The notes: generated from the letters alone by a model not told the origin. A stretch of 64,000 nucleotides of DNA from Capsulimonadaceae bacterium (GCA_965215505.1 OZ244065.1:4448001-4512000); one strand, 5' to 3'. Counted from the first letter of the stretch, positions 19,221 through 29,326 are shown. Numbers and translations are program-made.

Positions 19221-21521
19221 ATGGCTGGTTTAGCCTTGGCCCCAAACGGCGATACTATTCTTGTCATACGCCGCGCCGACGGGCGCTTAGAAAAGATCCG
19301 CTTGACTCCCGACACCTACCCCGCCGGCACCGTCCGCGCCCTGCTCCCGACTGACCTGGTGACGCCCGCCACGCGGGACGTTTTGCAGGGGCGCTTGTCG
19401 GGAGAAACCCCCGACCCGCGTTTCTTCGCCGCGCCCGAGCTAGACCTGCTGCAAGCGGCCCTGGCGCGGCTTTTCGCCGATCCCGAGGCACCCACCGCCC
19501 GTACTCTGGCCCTGTGCATAGATGCGCGCCTGGCGGACGGCAAATCCGACGGCTGGCGCTACGACGCCCTGCCGCCCGATGGCGAGGCCGCCCGGCGCGG
19601 CCCGCGCGGGCTGGACCAGACGGCCCAGGCGCTCCACGGCAGCGGCTTCGTCGCCCTCGACGCGGCCCGTCAAGAGGCCGTACTGGCCGCCGTCCAGAAG
19701 GGCAACCCGCCCGGCGAAGTCTGGCAGACGCTGTCCGCCGCCCGCTTCTTTGAAGAGCTGCTGGCCGAGGCGACGGAAGCGTACTACAGCCACCCGCTGG
19801 CTCAGGAAGAGATCGGCTACGTCGGCATGGCCGATGCGCGCGGCTGGACGCGGATTGCCATGAACGAACGCGAGCCGTGGGAGCCGCTGCCCGTCGTGGG
19901 TTCCGGCCTCGTAGGGGCGCGACTCATCGCGCCCTCTGCTTCGCCCGAGGGCGCGGCAAGCCACGCCCCCACCGACCCGGAACCAGGCAGGCAGTTCGCC
20001 CTCACCGAAACGCTGGACGCCGTCATCATTGGGACGGGCGCGGGCGGGGCACCCCTGCTGGCCCGGCTCGCCCAAGCCGGGCTGAAAGTCGTCGCCCTGG
20101 AAGCGGGCCGCTTCTGGGACCCCGCCCGCGACTTCGCCACTGACGAGCGCGCCCAGGCCAAACTATTCTGGAACGACGAGCGCCTGAGTGCGGGCGGCGA
20201 CCCGCTGCCCTTCGGGTCCAACAACTCCGGCATCGGCGTCGGCGGCTCGACCCTCCACTACACCGCCTACACGCCGCGCGCCCATACAGACGATTTTCGG
20301 CTGCACACGGAGTTCGGCATCGGCGCGGACTGGCCGCTCGGCTACACCGACCTGGAACCTTACTACGATGAGTTGGAGCAGTTCTTGGGCGTCTCCGGCC
20401 CGTCACCGTACCCGTGGGACCCGCACGGGCAGCCCTATCCCCTGCCGCCCCTGCCGCTGAACGGCGCGGCACAACTGATGCAGCGCGCGTGTGCCGCCCT
20501 GGGCATTCGGACCTCGCCCGCGCCCAATGCCGCTCTGTCCGGCCCCTACTACAAGCCCGGCGTCGGGTGGCGTCGCGCCTGCACCAACCGGGGCTTCTGC
20601 CAGGCCGGGTGCAGCGTCGGGGCAAAGGCCAGCATGGACGTGACGTTTATTCCTGTCGCCTTGCAGGCCGGGGCCGAGGTCCGCTCGGAGTGCTTCGTGA
20701 CGCAGATCGAGCGGGACAAAACGGGCCGCGTCTCCGGCGTCGTCTACACCCAGAATGGCGTCGAGCGGCGGCAGCCCTGCCGGAACGTCTTCCTCTGCGC
20801 CGGGGCCGTCGAGACCCCGCGCCTGCTCCTGCTGAACGGCCTGGCGAACGGCAGCGGACTGGTCGGGCGGAACTTCATGGCCCACACCGGGGTGCAGGTC
20901 TGGGGGCAGTTCGAGGCGGACATCCGGCCGTACAAGGGCATCCCCGGCGGCCTGATCTCCGAGGACACGCACCGGCCAAAGGACGCCGACTTCGCGGGCG
21001 GCTACCTACTGCAAAGCCTCGGCGTCATGCCCGTCACTTATGCCTCTCAACTTGCACGGGGGCCGGGCCTGTGGGGGGAACCGCTGCGCGCCCACATGCG
21101 CGGCTACAACCACGTCGCCGGCATCAATATCTGCGGCGAGGGCCTGCCCCACGCCGGCAACTTCCTGGAACTCTCGGACGAGAAGGACGCGCGCGGGCTG
21201 CCCAAGCCGCGCGTCCACTACACGGCGGGCGAGAACGAGAGGAAACTGACCGCCCACGCCGAAGCCCTCATGCGCGCGATCTGGGCCGAGGCTGGGGCGC
21301 ACGACGTCTGGGCGTTAGACCGCCACCCGCATACCCTGGGGACCTGCCGCATGGGGACCGACCCGGACACGTCCGTCGTCGGCCCGGACGGGCAGGCCCA
21401 CGACGTTCCCGGCCTCTACATCGCCGACGGCTCGGTCTTCCCCAGCGCCCTGGCCGTCAACCCGGCCCTGACGATCATGGCGGTGAGCCTGGGAACGGCG
21501 GATCGGTTTCTGGGGAAGTGA
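19221..21521 (+). CDS. Fusion of a gluconate 2-dehydrogenase subunit-3-like domain and a GMC oxidoreductase
   Basis: N-terminal GWRYD...EAYYSHPLAQEEIGYVG; C-terminal IIGTGAGG, GVGGST, HTLGTCRMG, NPALTIMA. Start uncertain (19221 or 19302). Confidence 0.88.
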   Translation: MAGLALAPNGDTILVIRRADGRLEKIRLTPDTYPAGTVRALLPTDLVTPATRDVLQGRLSGETPDPRFFAAPELDLLQAALARLFADPEAPTARTLALCIDARLADGKSDGWRYDALPPDGEAARRGPRGLDQTAQALHGSGFVALDAARQEAVLAAVQKGNPPGEVWQTLSAARFFEELLAEATEAYYSHPLAQEEIGYVGMADARGWTRIAMNEREPWEPLPVVGSGLVGARLIAPSASPEGAASHAPTDPEPGRQFALTETLDAVIIGTGAGGAPLLARLAQAGLKVVALEAGRFWDPARDFATDERAQAKLFWNDERLSAGGDPLPFGSNNSGIGVGGSTLHYTAYTPRAHTDDFRLHTEFGIGADWPLGYTDLEPYYDELEQFLGVSGPSPYPWDPHGQPYPLPPLPLNGAAQLMQRACAALGIRTSPAPNAALSGPYYKPGVGWRRACTNRGFCQAGCSVGAKASMDVTFIPVALQAGAEVRSECFVTQIERDKTGRVSGVVYTQNGVERRQPCRNVFLCAGAVETPRLLLLNGLANGSGLVGRNFMAHTGVQVWGQFEADIRPYKGIPGGLISEDTHRPKDADFAGGYLLQSLGVMPVTYASQLARGPGLWGEPLRAHMRGYNHVAGINICGEGLPHAGNFLELSDEKDARGLPKPRVHYTAGENERKLTAHAEALMRAIWAEAGAHDVWALDRHPHTLGTCRMGTDPDTSVVGPDGQAHDVPGLYIADGSVFPSALAVNPALTIMAVSLGTADRFLGK
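19911..19972. repeat. Inverted REP doublet inside a coding sequence
   Basis: GTAGGGGCGCGACTCATCGCGCCCT plus an inverted copy (revcomp GTGGGGGCGTGGCTTGCCGCGCCCT) that closely matches the REP at 29327. Confidence 0.75.
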
Positions 21522-22353
21522 CTCCACCCCGAAGGGTGGGGTGCGTCATCGTGGTCTCCGCGATGTGACTCATCAGGTTATATTCCAGCATCGGGCGGAC
21601 GCTCCGAAACCCTTCCGACTCGCGCCGCCAGCCCGCCAAACCGCCCTCGGCGACTATTCTCTGGCAGGCGTCGCTGCCCCTCGCCGCCTGCTCTTCGAGC
21701 CAGTCGCCTAGAAATTGAAGGACCGACTCCACCATGTCCAGCAGTCCCGGTGTCGCGGCGATGCCGTAAGCATGACAGAATAGGCACAGTCTGCGGCTCC
21801 CCTCTTCCCTGTCCGCCCGTGCCCGCTCGCTTAATTCGCCTTGCGACCAGAGCGGCGCGAGCCAGAAGGCCGCATACGCCACATCCCGCAGGCGCGGCCC
21901 CGGCCCGGCCATGTCGAAGTCAATCATCGCATAGGGGACGCCCCTCATGCAGACCAGGTTATATGGCGCGAAATCGTTGTGACAGATGACCTCGTGCCGC
22001 CGCGCATCCGGGTAGACAAACCCCCAGCGGGCGTCGGGGCCGGGGGCGAAGCCGGCCGTCGCGTCATGGTAGTCACGGAGCAGGCGGGCTGCCGCCACGA
22101 GCGGCGCGACGTCATCCCACAGGTAGGGCATGAAGCCGACCTCGCCCGGCAAGAATGTCAGCGCCTCCCGCCCCTGAGCATCCATGCCCAGGAACCGGGG
22201 ACAGCCCGAGAATCCCTGTGCCTCCAGATGCCGCAGCAGGCTTTGAACTGTCTGGCTGTGGGTGCCCACGGCACGGCGAACCGTGTCACCCACCCGCGCA
22301 ACGGTCGGGTTGATGTTGCCGCCGCCCAGTGGCTCTTCATCATAGTGTTCCAT
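21475..22353 (-). CDS. Aminoglycoside phosphotransferase-like kinase
   Basis: LGGGNIN, VICHNDFAPYN, MIDFD. Confidence 0.88.
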   Translation of the reverse strand: MEHYDEEPLGGGNINPTVARVGDTVRRAVGTHSQTVQSLLRHLEAQGFSGCPRFLGMDAQGREALTFLPGEVGFMPYLWDDVAPLVAAARLLRDYHDATAGFAPGPDARWGFVYPDARRHEVICHNDFAPYNLVCMRGVPYAMIDFDMAGPGPRLRDVAYAAFWLAPLWSQGELSERARADREEGSRRLCLFCHAYGIAATPGLLDMVESVLQFLGDWLEEQAARGSDACQRIVAEGGLAGWRRESEGFRSVRPMLEYNLMSHIAETTMTHPTLRGGVTSPETDPPFPGSPP

Positions 22354-22398
22354 GAGCGCATCATGCCTGTCCCTCCGGGTGTGCGCCCGGCAGACGTT

Positions 22399-23637
22399 CT
22401 AATCCAAAGCCAACAGCATGTCCAGGTCGAAATCGGCTTTGCGGATTTCGTCCTCCAGGCCGTCCACCGGCGGCTTGGTCCGCGCGATCTTTTCTAGAGT
22501 CTCGTAAAGCTCTTCGGGCGGGTTGACCGAGATCACCATCACGACCTCGTTGTTCTCGTCCACATACAGCTCGTCGAAGCGGTTGGAGTCCGGGTCGCCG
22601 TGGAACAGGCCGCCCTTGCCCCCCTGCGGGTCCCCGAACAGCTCGAAGTGGATGTCCAGCTCATCGGAGAAGAAGTTCGCGACGTGGTCGTAGGCAACAC
22701 GTTGCCCGGCCATGTTCGCCCCGGCGATCTCCCCGTGCCAGAAAGCGTTGTTCCAATGTTCGACGCGCCACTGTTTGCCCAGCACGGGGTCCTGAAAGCC
22801 CGCCACGTCGCCCGCCGCCCAGACGTCGGGGGCGCTGGTCTCCAGGAACTCGTTCACCAGGATGCCGTTCTTTTTCTCGTCCACGTCCAGCCCCGACGCC
22901 AGCGCGAACTCCAGGTTCGGCTTGACGCCGACGCCGACCAGGACGTAGTCGCCGTCTATCACTTTGCCCGCCTTCGTCTTGACGCCCCCCGCCGTGATCT
23001 CCGTCACCTCATCGCCCAGGATGACCTCGGCCCCCGCCGCTTCCAGCTTCTTCCTCAGGAACGCGCCGTACTCGGGCGAGGCGAACTTGCTCCACAGGTG
23101 GCCGGTCGGCTCGATGATCGTCGCCCGGCCCCCCTTGGTCACGAAGTCGGCAGCCACCTCGACGCCGATGTAGCCGCCGCCGACGAGGATGATCTTCTGG
23201 CCCAGGTGTGCCCGGATGGCCTCGCTGTCCTCGCGCGTCCGCAGCATCCGCACGTTCGGCCCTTCCGCGCCGGGGATGTCCAGCGCTTTGGGTGATGACC
23301 CGGTGGCGATCAGCAGCTTTTCGTATGTCACCGTATCGCCGCCGTCCAGCGTGACCGTCTTGGCCGACGTGTCCGCATTCTTCGCTTTCACGCCCGTCAG
23401 CAGGGTGACTTTGTTGTCTGTATACCAAGACGGCGGCTGGACCGGCAGGACGGCGTCGGCCTCCGCTTCGCCTCGCAGGTACTCCTTGGACAGCGGCGGG
23501 CGGTTGTACGGCGCGTGAGGCTCCGAACCGATGAGGAGGATCGCGCCGTCCGGGTCATGCTTGCGGATGTTCTCGGCCGCCGTCGCCGAGGCGAGGCCGC
23601 CGCCGACCAGAACATAATGGGCGGAATGGGATGCCAT
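22399..23637 (-). CDS. FAD-dependent NAD(P)H oxidoreductase (ferredoxin reductase-like)
   Basis: VGGGLAS, PYNRPPLSK, IATGS, GGGYIGVE, WAAGDVA, RVEHW. Confidence 0.92.
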   Translation of the reverse strand: MASHSAHYVLVGGGLASATAAENIRKHDPDGAILLIGSEPHAPYNRPPLSKEYLRGEAEADAVLPVQPPSWYTDNKVTLLTGVKAKNADTSAKTVTLDGGDTVTYEKLLIATGSSPKALDIPGAEGPNVRMLRTREDSEAIRAHLGQKIILVGGGYIGVEVAADFVTKGGRATIIEPTGHLWSKFASPEYGAFLRKKLEAAGAEVILGDEVTEITAGGVKTKAGKVIDGDYVLVGVGVKPNLEFALASGLDVDEKKNGILVNEFLETSAPDVWAAGDVAGFQDPVLGKQWRVEHWNNAFWHGEIAGANMAGQRVAYDHVANFFSDELDIHFELFGDPQGGKGGLFHGDPDSNRFDELYVDENNEVVMVISVNPPEELYETLEKIARTKPPVDGLEDEIRKADFDLDMLLALD

Positions 23638-23699
23638 GAGGGTTTGCCCTTTCTAGGGAGTGGGAGGGTATGCTGAAGTCTACCCGGTGGAGCAGGGCG

Positions 23700-25910
23700 T
23701 CAACCGGGCACATACTCCTCCCAGCGAATCTCCACCTCGCCGCCGCCAGGGATGGCGTATTCCCGGTGCCCCTCCGGTGTCGTCTCACCGACCAGTTCTG
23801 TGCCGCCGAGCCGGACCACGGTGTCGGGCATCCTGCCGTCATCCGGGATCAGGCGCAGGCGGCAGGCGGCTCGGGGAACACCGGGGAGCCGGAGGCCGAC
23901 GCACCCTTCGGCATGGCGCATCTCGGCCAGCGGGTAGTCGCAGTAGAGCAGGAACGGGACGCGCGGCAGCCGGTGGAAGGCGCGCGTGACGAAGGCGAAG
24001 GCCGCGCCCGCGCCGTACACCTCCTGGCCGACCGCCCCTGCCGGGTCGCCGTTCGCGTACAGGTCCTCCACCGGGAGGGCCAATGCCCGGTCCAGATGGC
24101 CGTTGCGAATTTCGGTCGCCAGTGCCTCCTCGGGCATCTCGCCCGGATAGTAGTACCAGGCCCGGTCCAGTAGGTGTCGGCAGTATTCTGTCAGCAGCAG
24201 CGTGACCGACGGAGGCAGGTCGTCGCCCGTGAGGCTCAGTATCTCATGGAAAGCGGCCAGCGACTCGAACGCCTCGAAGATGGCGGTGTATTCGGCGTCG
24301 TGCAGGCACAGGACGGCGAGGAATGTGGGGAAGAACTTGGCAGCGCCCAGGTCGGACTCGAACAGCGTGGTGTGATGGAAGAACGAGGCCAGCAGGACGA
24401 AAGCCTGGTCCCGGAAGAAGTCGTCGCCGGTTTCGCGCCACAGGCGGAGGCAGGCCGCCGCCCCGATGGCCGTGATGTTGTACTGGTAGCCCGTCGCGAA
24501 CCGGTAGCCGGACAAGGCGCGGGCAGCTTTTTTCGCCTCCTCCAGATAGCGGTCTTTTCCGGTCAGTCCCCAGGCGTGGAGGCAGACGTCGGCGTACAGC
24601 CCGCCGACGTCCGACTGCCCCGGCTCGCCCGGCTTTCGGTCCCCGGTGATCACCTCGAACGTCTCGACGTTGAACTGCACCGGCCAGCGGTATTGGAAGT
24701 GATGCGCCGCCTTGATGCCGTGTTCCAGGGAGTCCAGGAATAGACGCCTCGCCTCGCTGTCCCCCGTCCCGGCCAGCCGCGCCAGGTCGAGCAGAGGGTG
24801 GTACAAGTACCACGAGTCCACCTCGTCCGCGTCTTTCTCCTCGCCCACGGAGGGCAGGTAGCGCCGCATCGTCTTCAATTTAGCATCGTAGAAGGCCGGG
24901 ACGCCCCTCCTCAGTGCGTCCGCCAGCGGGATGGGTTCGCCGGTCCATCCCTCGAATTCGCGCAGCGGCAACAGCAGGGCGAGTTGGACCATGCTGTCCG
25001 GCTCCTCGGCGTCCAGGTAGGGCCGGGCGTAGGTGTGGCCGTCTTGGACCACCAGGCAACCGTCCGCGTGGGCCAGATCGTGCGCCGACTCCCGCGCCTT
25101 GCGCGGCCAGTCGTGCCACCGAGTCTCCGTCTGGGCGATGTGTGGGTAGAGCCGCGCCAGACCGTCCAGGAACAGCCGCGCCGCCTGCCGCTCATCGGCG
25201 GGCACTTGGGGGCTGAAGACGACGAGGGCGTCCGAAACCGTGACCTCGACGCCCGCTTTTAGCGGCGTCTCGGAGGGCGGCGGGGCGTAGCCGAGCTGCG
25301 GCCACTGCCCGCCGACCAGCCCGCTCGGCTTGGCTTCCAGGGCGGCCAGGAGGGGATTCAAGGCCGTCAGGTTTTGCAGGTAGAGCATCGTGCCGGAGGC
25401 AGGTGCGGTCCCGGTCCAGAACAGCACGGCCGCCCCCGAGTTCGGCTGCCCCGCGTGGGCCGTGCCACGCGCATCGCGCGGGTCATCGCCCCGCCCCAGC
25501 GGGTAGATGTCGCGCGGCCAGAAGGGCAGGCGCAGTTCGTCGCCCGGCGTCAGGCTGCTCCGCCACCGGAGCAGGCCGTCTTCGACCCGCTCCACTTCCA
25601 CCTTGTAGCGACCCAGCGAGGTGGTCAGGGCGAACCGGGCCGCGTCGTCCCCGGCCTCCGCCTCGTCCACCGTCAGCGGTGCCCCCGGCGCATAGGTCGT
25701 CCGGAAGGCGGTGCCGCCCTTGCCGCTCCGGGCGACGATCCACAGCGACTCGCGGCCCGCCCGCACGTCCACCGTCACCGGCCCACACTCCCAGGGCGTC
25801 GGGAGCAGGGAGCGGCTTGCCGCCAGCTCGTCCCGCACCGCCGCCGTCCACGGGTCAACCCCCGTCAGCTCGTCGTCGGGGATCACGTCTTTGTCCATCA
25901 CGTCTGCCAT
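23700..25910 (-). CDS. Conserved hypothetical protein, possible alpha/alpha-toroid fold
   Basis: Long ORF with a GAGGT SD; aromatic-rich helical region (DSWYLYHPL, LTGKDRYLEEAK). Fold is inference. Confidence 0.65.
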   Translation of the reverse strand: MADVMDKDVIPDDELTGVDPWTAAVRDELAASRSLLPTPWECGPVTVDVRAGRESLWIVARSGKGGTAFRTTYAPGAPLTVDEAEAGDDAARFALTTSLGRYKVEVERVEDGLLRWRSSLTPGDELRLPFWPRDIYPLGRGDDPRDARGTAHAGQPNSGAAVLFWTGTAPASGTMLYLQNLTALNPLLAALEAKPSGLVGGQWPQLGYAPPPSETPLKAGVEVTVSDALVVFSPQVPADERQAARLFLDGLARLYPHIAQTETRWHDWPRKARESAHDLAHADGCLVVQDGHTYARPYLDAEEPDSMVQLALLLPLREFEGWTGEPIPLADALRRGVPAFYDAKLKTMRRYLPSVGEEKDADEVDSWYLYHPLLDLARLAGTGDSEARRLFLDSLEHGIKAAHHFQYRWPVQFNVETFEVITGDRKPGEPGQSDVGGLYADVCLHAWGLTGKDRYLEEAKKAARALSGYRFATGYQYNITAIGAAACLRLWRETGDDFFRDQAFVLLASFFHHTTLFESDLGAAKFFPTFLAVLCLHDAEYTAIFEAFESLAAFHEILSLTGDDLPPSVTLLLTEYCRHLLDRAWYYYPGEMPEEALATEIRNGHLDRALALPVEDLYANGDPAGAVGQEVYGAGAAFAFVTRAFHRLPRVPFLLYCDYPLAEMRHAEGCVGLRLPGVPRAACRLRLIPDDGRMPDTVVRLGGTELVGETTPEGHREYAIPGGGEVEIRWEEYVPG

Positions 25911-26024
25911 TGCTGCCACCTCAAATCAATGTTGCCTAAAATCGATGCTGCTTATGCCTGCCCCGTTTGTTCCCAAAAAACGCCTGGGTATATCCGCCTC
26001 AGATTTGATGGAAGGGACACTCTC

Positions 26025-26765
26025 ATGCTGAAAAAGATCATCGGGACCAGCCTGCAAGGCAAGGCGGTCATCGTCACCGGGGGGACAACCGGAATCGGGC
26101 GCGCGACGGCGGAGCTTCTGGCCTCGGAGGGGGCCAAGGTGCTCATCTTCGGGCGGCACGAGAAGGAGCTGAACGAGGCGCTTGCCGACATGCCCGAGGG
26201 GCAGGTCTTCGGCCTGACGGCGGACACGACGAAGCCCGCCGACATCGAGCGCGTCTTCGCGACGGCCGACTCGAAGCTGGGCGGCGTGGATATTTTAGTC
26301 AGCAACGCCGCCGAAGCCGCCCAGAGCATCCTGGACACGGAGTATGCCGAGTGGGAATATGTGGTCCAGGCCAACCTGCTGGGGTACATGGCCTGCGCCC
26401 GCCACGCCGTTGACCGGATGAAGCCCAAGGGCAGCGGCCACATCGTCAACATCGGCTCCCTCAGCGCCAAGCTGCGGGACGCGGGCAGCGACGTGTATGT
26501 CGCCACGAAAAGCGCCATCGAGGGCTTTTCTGAGGCCCTGCGGAAGCAGGTGAACGAAATGGGCATCAAGATCTCGCTGATCGAGCCGGGCAAGGTCGGC
26601 GCGGACTTCCCGAACTCCACGCCGGAGGAGCAGCCCGCGCAGCAGGCCGAGGGCGAGATGCTGCTGGCCGAAGACATCGCCGCCGCCGTCCACTTCGTCC
26701 TGACCCAGCCGGCCCGCTGCGACATCATCCAGCTCCAGATCCGCCCGCACAAGCAGGCCATCTAG
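26025..26765 (+). CDS. SDR family oxidoreductase
   Basis: TGGTTGIG, NIGS, YVATK. Confidence 0.92.
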   Translation: MLKKIIGTSLQGKAVIVTGGTTGIGRATAELLASEGAKVLIFGRHEKELNEALADMPEGQVFGLTADTTKPADIERVFATADSKLGGVDILVSNAAEAAQSILDTEYAEWEYVVQANLLGYMACARHAVDRMKPKGSGHIVNIGSLSAKLRDAGSDVYVATKSAIEGFSEALRKQVNEMGIKISLIEPGKVGADFPNSTPEEQPAQQAEGEMLLAEDIAAAVHFVLTQPARCDIIQLQIRPHKQAI

Positions 26766-26780
26766 TGCGTCCGCTGCGCC

Positions 26781-26890
26781 GTAGGGGCGAACCTTGTGTT
26801 CGCCCTTCCCTCTAGGCCACGGTGGGGGCGCGGGGCGTCCGGGGCGCGGGGTCGTTGTTCAAGAAGGGCGAACACAAGGTTCGCCCCTAC
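26781..26890. repeat. Inverted REP pair (REPIN/BIME-like)
   Basis: GTAGGGGCGAACCTTGTGTTCGCCCTTC at 26781 and its exact reverse complement ending at 26890. Confidence 0.85.
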
Positions 26891-27423
26891 GCCCCCGAAT
26901 ACCGCCGCGCCCCGTCTTCCAGCAGTTCTTTGGCCCTCTCCGGCCCGCCGCGCCCGGTCGGCTTGAACTCCTTGCCCGCCAGCGTGTTGTAGGACACGAA
27001 GAACTGCTCGATCTCGACCACGGTGCTGTCTTCCAGGTGGTCCAGCGCCTCGATGCTTCGGTGAGACTGCGCGACGACCGCGACCGCGATGAGCCGGTCA
27101 TTCCGCATCGTTTCCCCGTCCCGCTCGGTCTGCTCGGCCTCGATGACGCCGATCAGCCGCGCTTCGACCAGGCAGCCGGGGAAGACCGGCTCATCCATCA
27201 GCACCAGCACGTCCAGCGGGTCGCCGTCCTCGCCGCGCGTAGACGGCAGGAAGCCCATGTCGAAGGGGAAGACCGCCCCCGCCGGCAGCACCTTGCTCAG
27301 ACGGAACAGGCCCCGCTTTGGCTCATAGGTGAACTTGTTCCGGCCGCCTTTGGGCGACTCGATGACCGCGTTCACCTGCCCCGTCTCCGGGTCCCGCGTT
27401 TCTAATCCTTCCAGGTTGGTCAC
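26887..27423 (-). CDS. ppa: Inorganic pyrophosphatase (family I)
   Basis: IESPKGGRNK, EDGDPLDVLVL, IEQFFVSY. Confidence 0.88.
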   Translation of the reverse strand: MTNLEGLETRDPETGQVNAVIESPKGGRNKFTYEPKRGLFRLSKVLPAGAVFPFDMGFLPSTRGEDGDPLDVLVLMDEPVFPGCLVEARLIGVIEAEQTERDGETMRNDRLIAVAVVAQSHRSIEALDHLEDSTVVEIEQFFVSYNTLAGKEFKPTGRGGPERAKELLEDGARRYSGA

Positions 27424-27542
27424 GGCTCACCTCTCGTTCTTCTCGTCACCCTCGGCGGCTTCGTCCTCTTTGGGGTCCCTGCGCTCGTGCAGGTAGGCCA
27501 TGCTCAGGGGGGGCTTTCCACAGCCCCGTCCGCTTCTTCGCC

Positions 27543-28466
27543 TCACCCGCCGGGACCCAGCAATTGATCCACGGTGACGAACCGGAAGCCGCGCGCCTTC
27601 AAGCGCTGGATGATCTGCGGCAGGATCAGCAGCGTCTGCGCGCTGCCGTCGTGTAGCAGGATGATCCCGCCGTCGCTGATCGTGTCCAGCGTCCGCGTCT
27701 CGATCACGCCCGTGCCGGGGTCGGCGTAGTCGCCGGGGTCGTCGCTGTAGAGGATCATCTTGTAGCCCAGGGCCTCCACCGACTCGGCGACGCCCCGGTT
27801 GTACTCGCCGCCGGGCGGGCGGAACAGGTGCGGCGGACGGCCCGTGATGCGCGTCAGCACCTCGCCGCAGGCCTTGATCTCGGTATCCACATACTCCGGC
27901 GGGATCTTGATGAGGCTGACGTGGTCGTAGGTGTGGTTGCCGACCTCGTGCCCCCCGGCGACCTCGGCGCGGATGAGGGCCGGGTAGCGTTCGGCCTGTT
28001 CGCCGACCACGAAGAAGGTGGCATGGATGCCGCTCTGCTTCAGGATTTGCAGCAGCCTTTGCGTGTAGACCGGGTGCGGCCCGTCGTCAATGGTCAGCGC
28101 GATCTCGCGCCGGCCTGGATCGCCGCGCAGGATGTCGTTGGCACGCAGACCGCGCAGCAGCATGGTCTGGTGCTGGGCGATCAGCTCCAGGCCGCTCTTG
28201 TAGACCTCATGCTTGGCGTTGAGCCAGTACTTGTCCCGCTCGCCCTCCACCAGCGCCAGCGCCTCCGAAGCGGGGAGCATGTTCGGGGCCACCTCCCGGC
28301 GGCGGGCCGTGTTCTGCGGCAGCTTGGACTTCACACGGACCGGGTTCGGGACGACGGCGCGGGCCGCCGGCGCACTCTGGGCGGATGCGGCGAGTGCCAG
28401 GCTTGCCAGCGCGGAGAGGGAGAGGCCGAGGGCTGCCCCGTGGCGCATTGCTTGGTTTCTCATCAT
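27543..28466 (-). CDS. Polysaccharide deacetylase (CE4/NodB), secreted
   Basis: LTIDDGP, GNHTYDH, FRPPGG, ILLHD; signal peptide. Confidence 0.92.
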   Translation of the reverse strand: MMRNQAMRHGAALGLSLSALASLALAASAQSAPAARAVVPNPVRVKSKLPQNTARRREVAPNMLPASEALALVEGERDKYWLNAKHEVYKSGLELIAQHQTMLLRGLRANDILRGDPGRREIALTIDDGPHPVYTQRLLQILKQSGIHATFFVVGEQAERYPALIRAEVAGGHEVGNHTYDHVSLIKIPPEYVDTEIKACGEVLTRITGRPPHLFRPPGGEYNRGVAESVEALGYKMILYSDDPGDYADPGTGVIETRTLDTISDGGIILLHDGSAQTLLILPQIIQRLKARGFRFVTVDQLLGPGG

Positions 28467-28484
28467 GGGGGCATTCTACCCGAA

Positions 28485-29249
28485 TCACAGCCGCAGGCAG
28501 GACTCCGCCGCCAGCCAGAACAGCTTCTCGCGCGCCGCCCCCTGCCGCTGCCAGCCCCGCGCGTCCCACACCCCGCCGCCCACGTCATCGCCGCCGTACA
28601 AAAGCTGCCCGAACTCCACACCGCGAAACTCGGCCACGGCGAAGAAGGCCGCCGCCTCCATCTCCACCGTCAGGCAGCCCTCCGCCCGGCGGCGCTTCAC
28701 CCTGTCCGGCGTCTCGCGGTACAAAGCGTCCGTCGTCCAGGTCTTCGTCTTCAGGTACTCCGTGCCCGCCGCCGTCAGCGTCTCCTCGATGGCGGCGACG
28801 GCGCGGGCAGTCGCCTCCACCTCGCGGGCCGGGGGCAGATAGTGGTACGACGTGCCCTCGTCGCGCACGGCGGCGTGGGGCACCAGGACGTGGCCCAGGG
28901 CGATGGCGCTGTCCAGGACGCCGCAGCCGCCGCAGGCGATGAACTTGCGCCCGCCCAGCGCGATGGCCTCCTCCAAAAGCCCCGCCGCCAGCGGGGCACC
29001 GACGCCGGGGTGGAAGACGGCCAGCCGCGTCCCCCGCAGCGTCACCTCGTAGATCGGGTGCAGTCCGATCTCGCTGGCGAGGTTATACAGCAGCCGCGCC
29101 TCGTGGTCCCGGAGCAGCGTGGCGACGACATCCTGAAAGAAGCAGACGACCGCCCGCTCCGGCATGTCCACGTCCGCGTTCAGGTGCTTCGGCTCGATCA
29201 GGGCCGTCCGCGCCGGATCAAATTCGAGGATGGGGTAGGGGTATTCCAT
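28485..29249 (-). CDS. Nucleoside phosphorylase (PNP/UDP family)
   Basis: GVGAP, AVRDEGTSYHY, WTTDALYRET, VEMEAA. Confidence 0.92.
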   Translation of the reverse strand: MEYPYPILEFDPARTALIEPKHLNADVDMPERAVVCFFQDVVATLLRDHEARLLYNLASEIGLHPIYEVTLRGTRLAVFHPGVGAPLAAGLLEEAIALGGRKFIACGGCGVLDSAIALGHVLVPHAAVRDEGTSYHYLPPAREVEATARAVAAIEETLTAAGTEYLKTKTWTTDALYRETPDRVKRRRAEGCLTVEMEAAAFFAVAEFRGVEFGQLLYGGDDVGGGVWDARGWQRQGAAREKLFWLAAESCLRL

Positions 29250-29326
29250 GATATGAGTAGTCACTGCCCCCGGATTGAGATCCGGGCATTCGGTGAGGCG
29301 AATGTCCGCCTGTACGGACAGAGTGC

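Noticed and set aside
21475-21545. Functional antisense overlap between the kinase C-terminus and the GMC gene
   Set aside because: The kinase tail runs through a small hairpin and looks like a non-conserved read-through extension.
27427-27501. 24-aa minus-strand ORF MAYLHERRDPKEDEAAEGDEKNER upstream of ppa
   Set aside because: Too short and no SD. It could be a gene remnant but cannot be supported from sequence alone.
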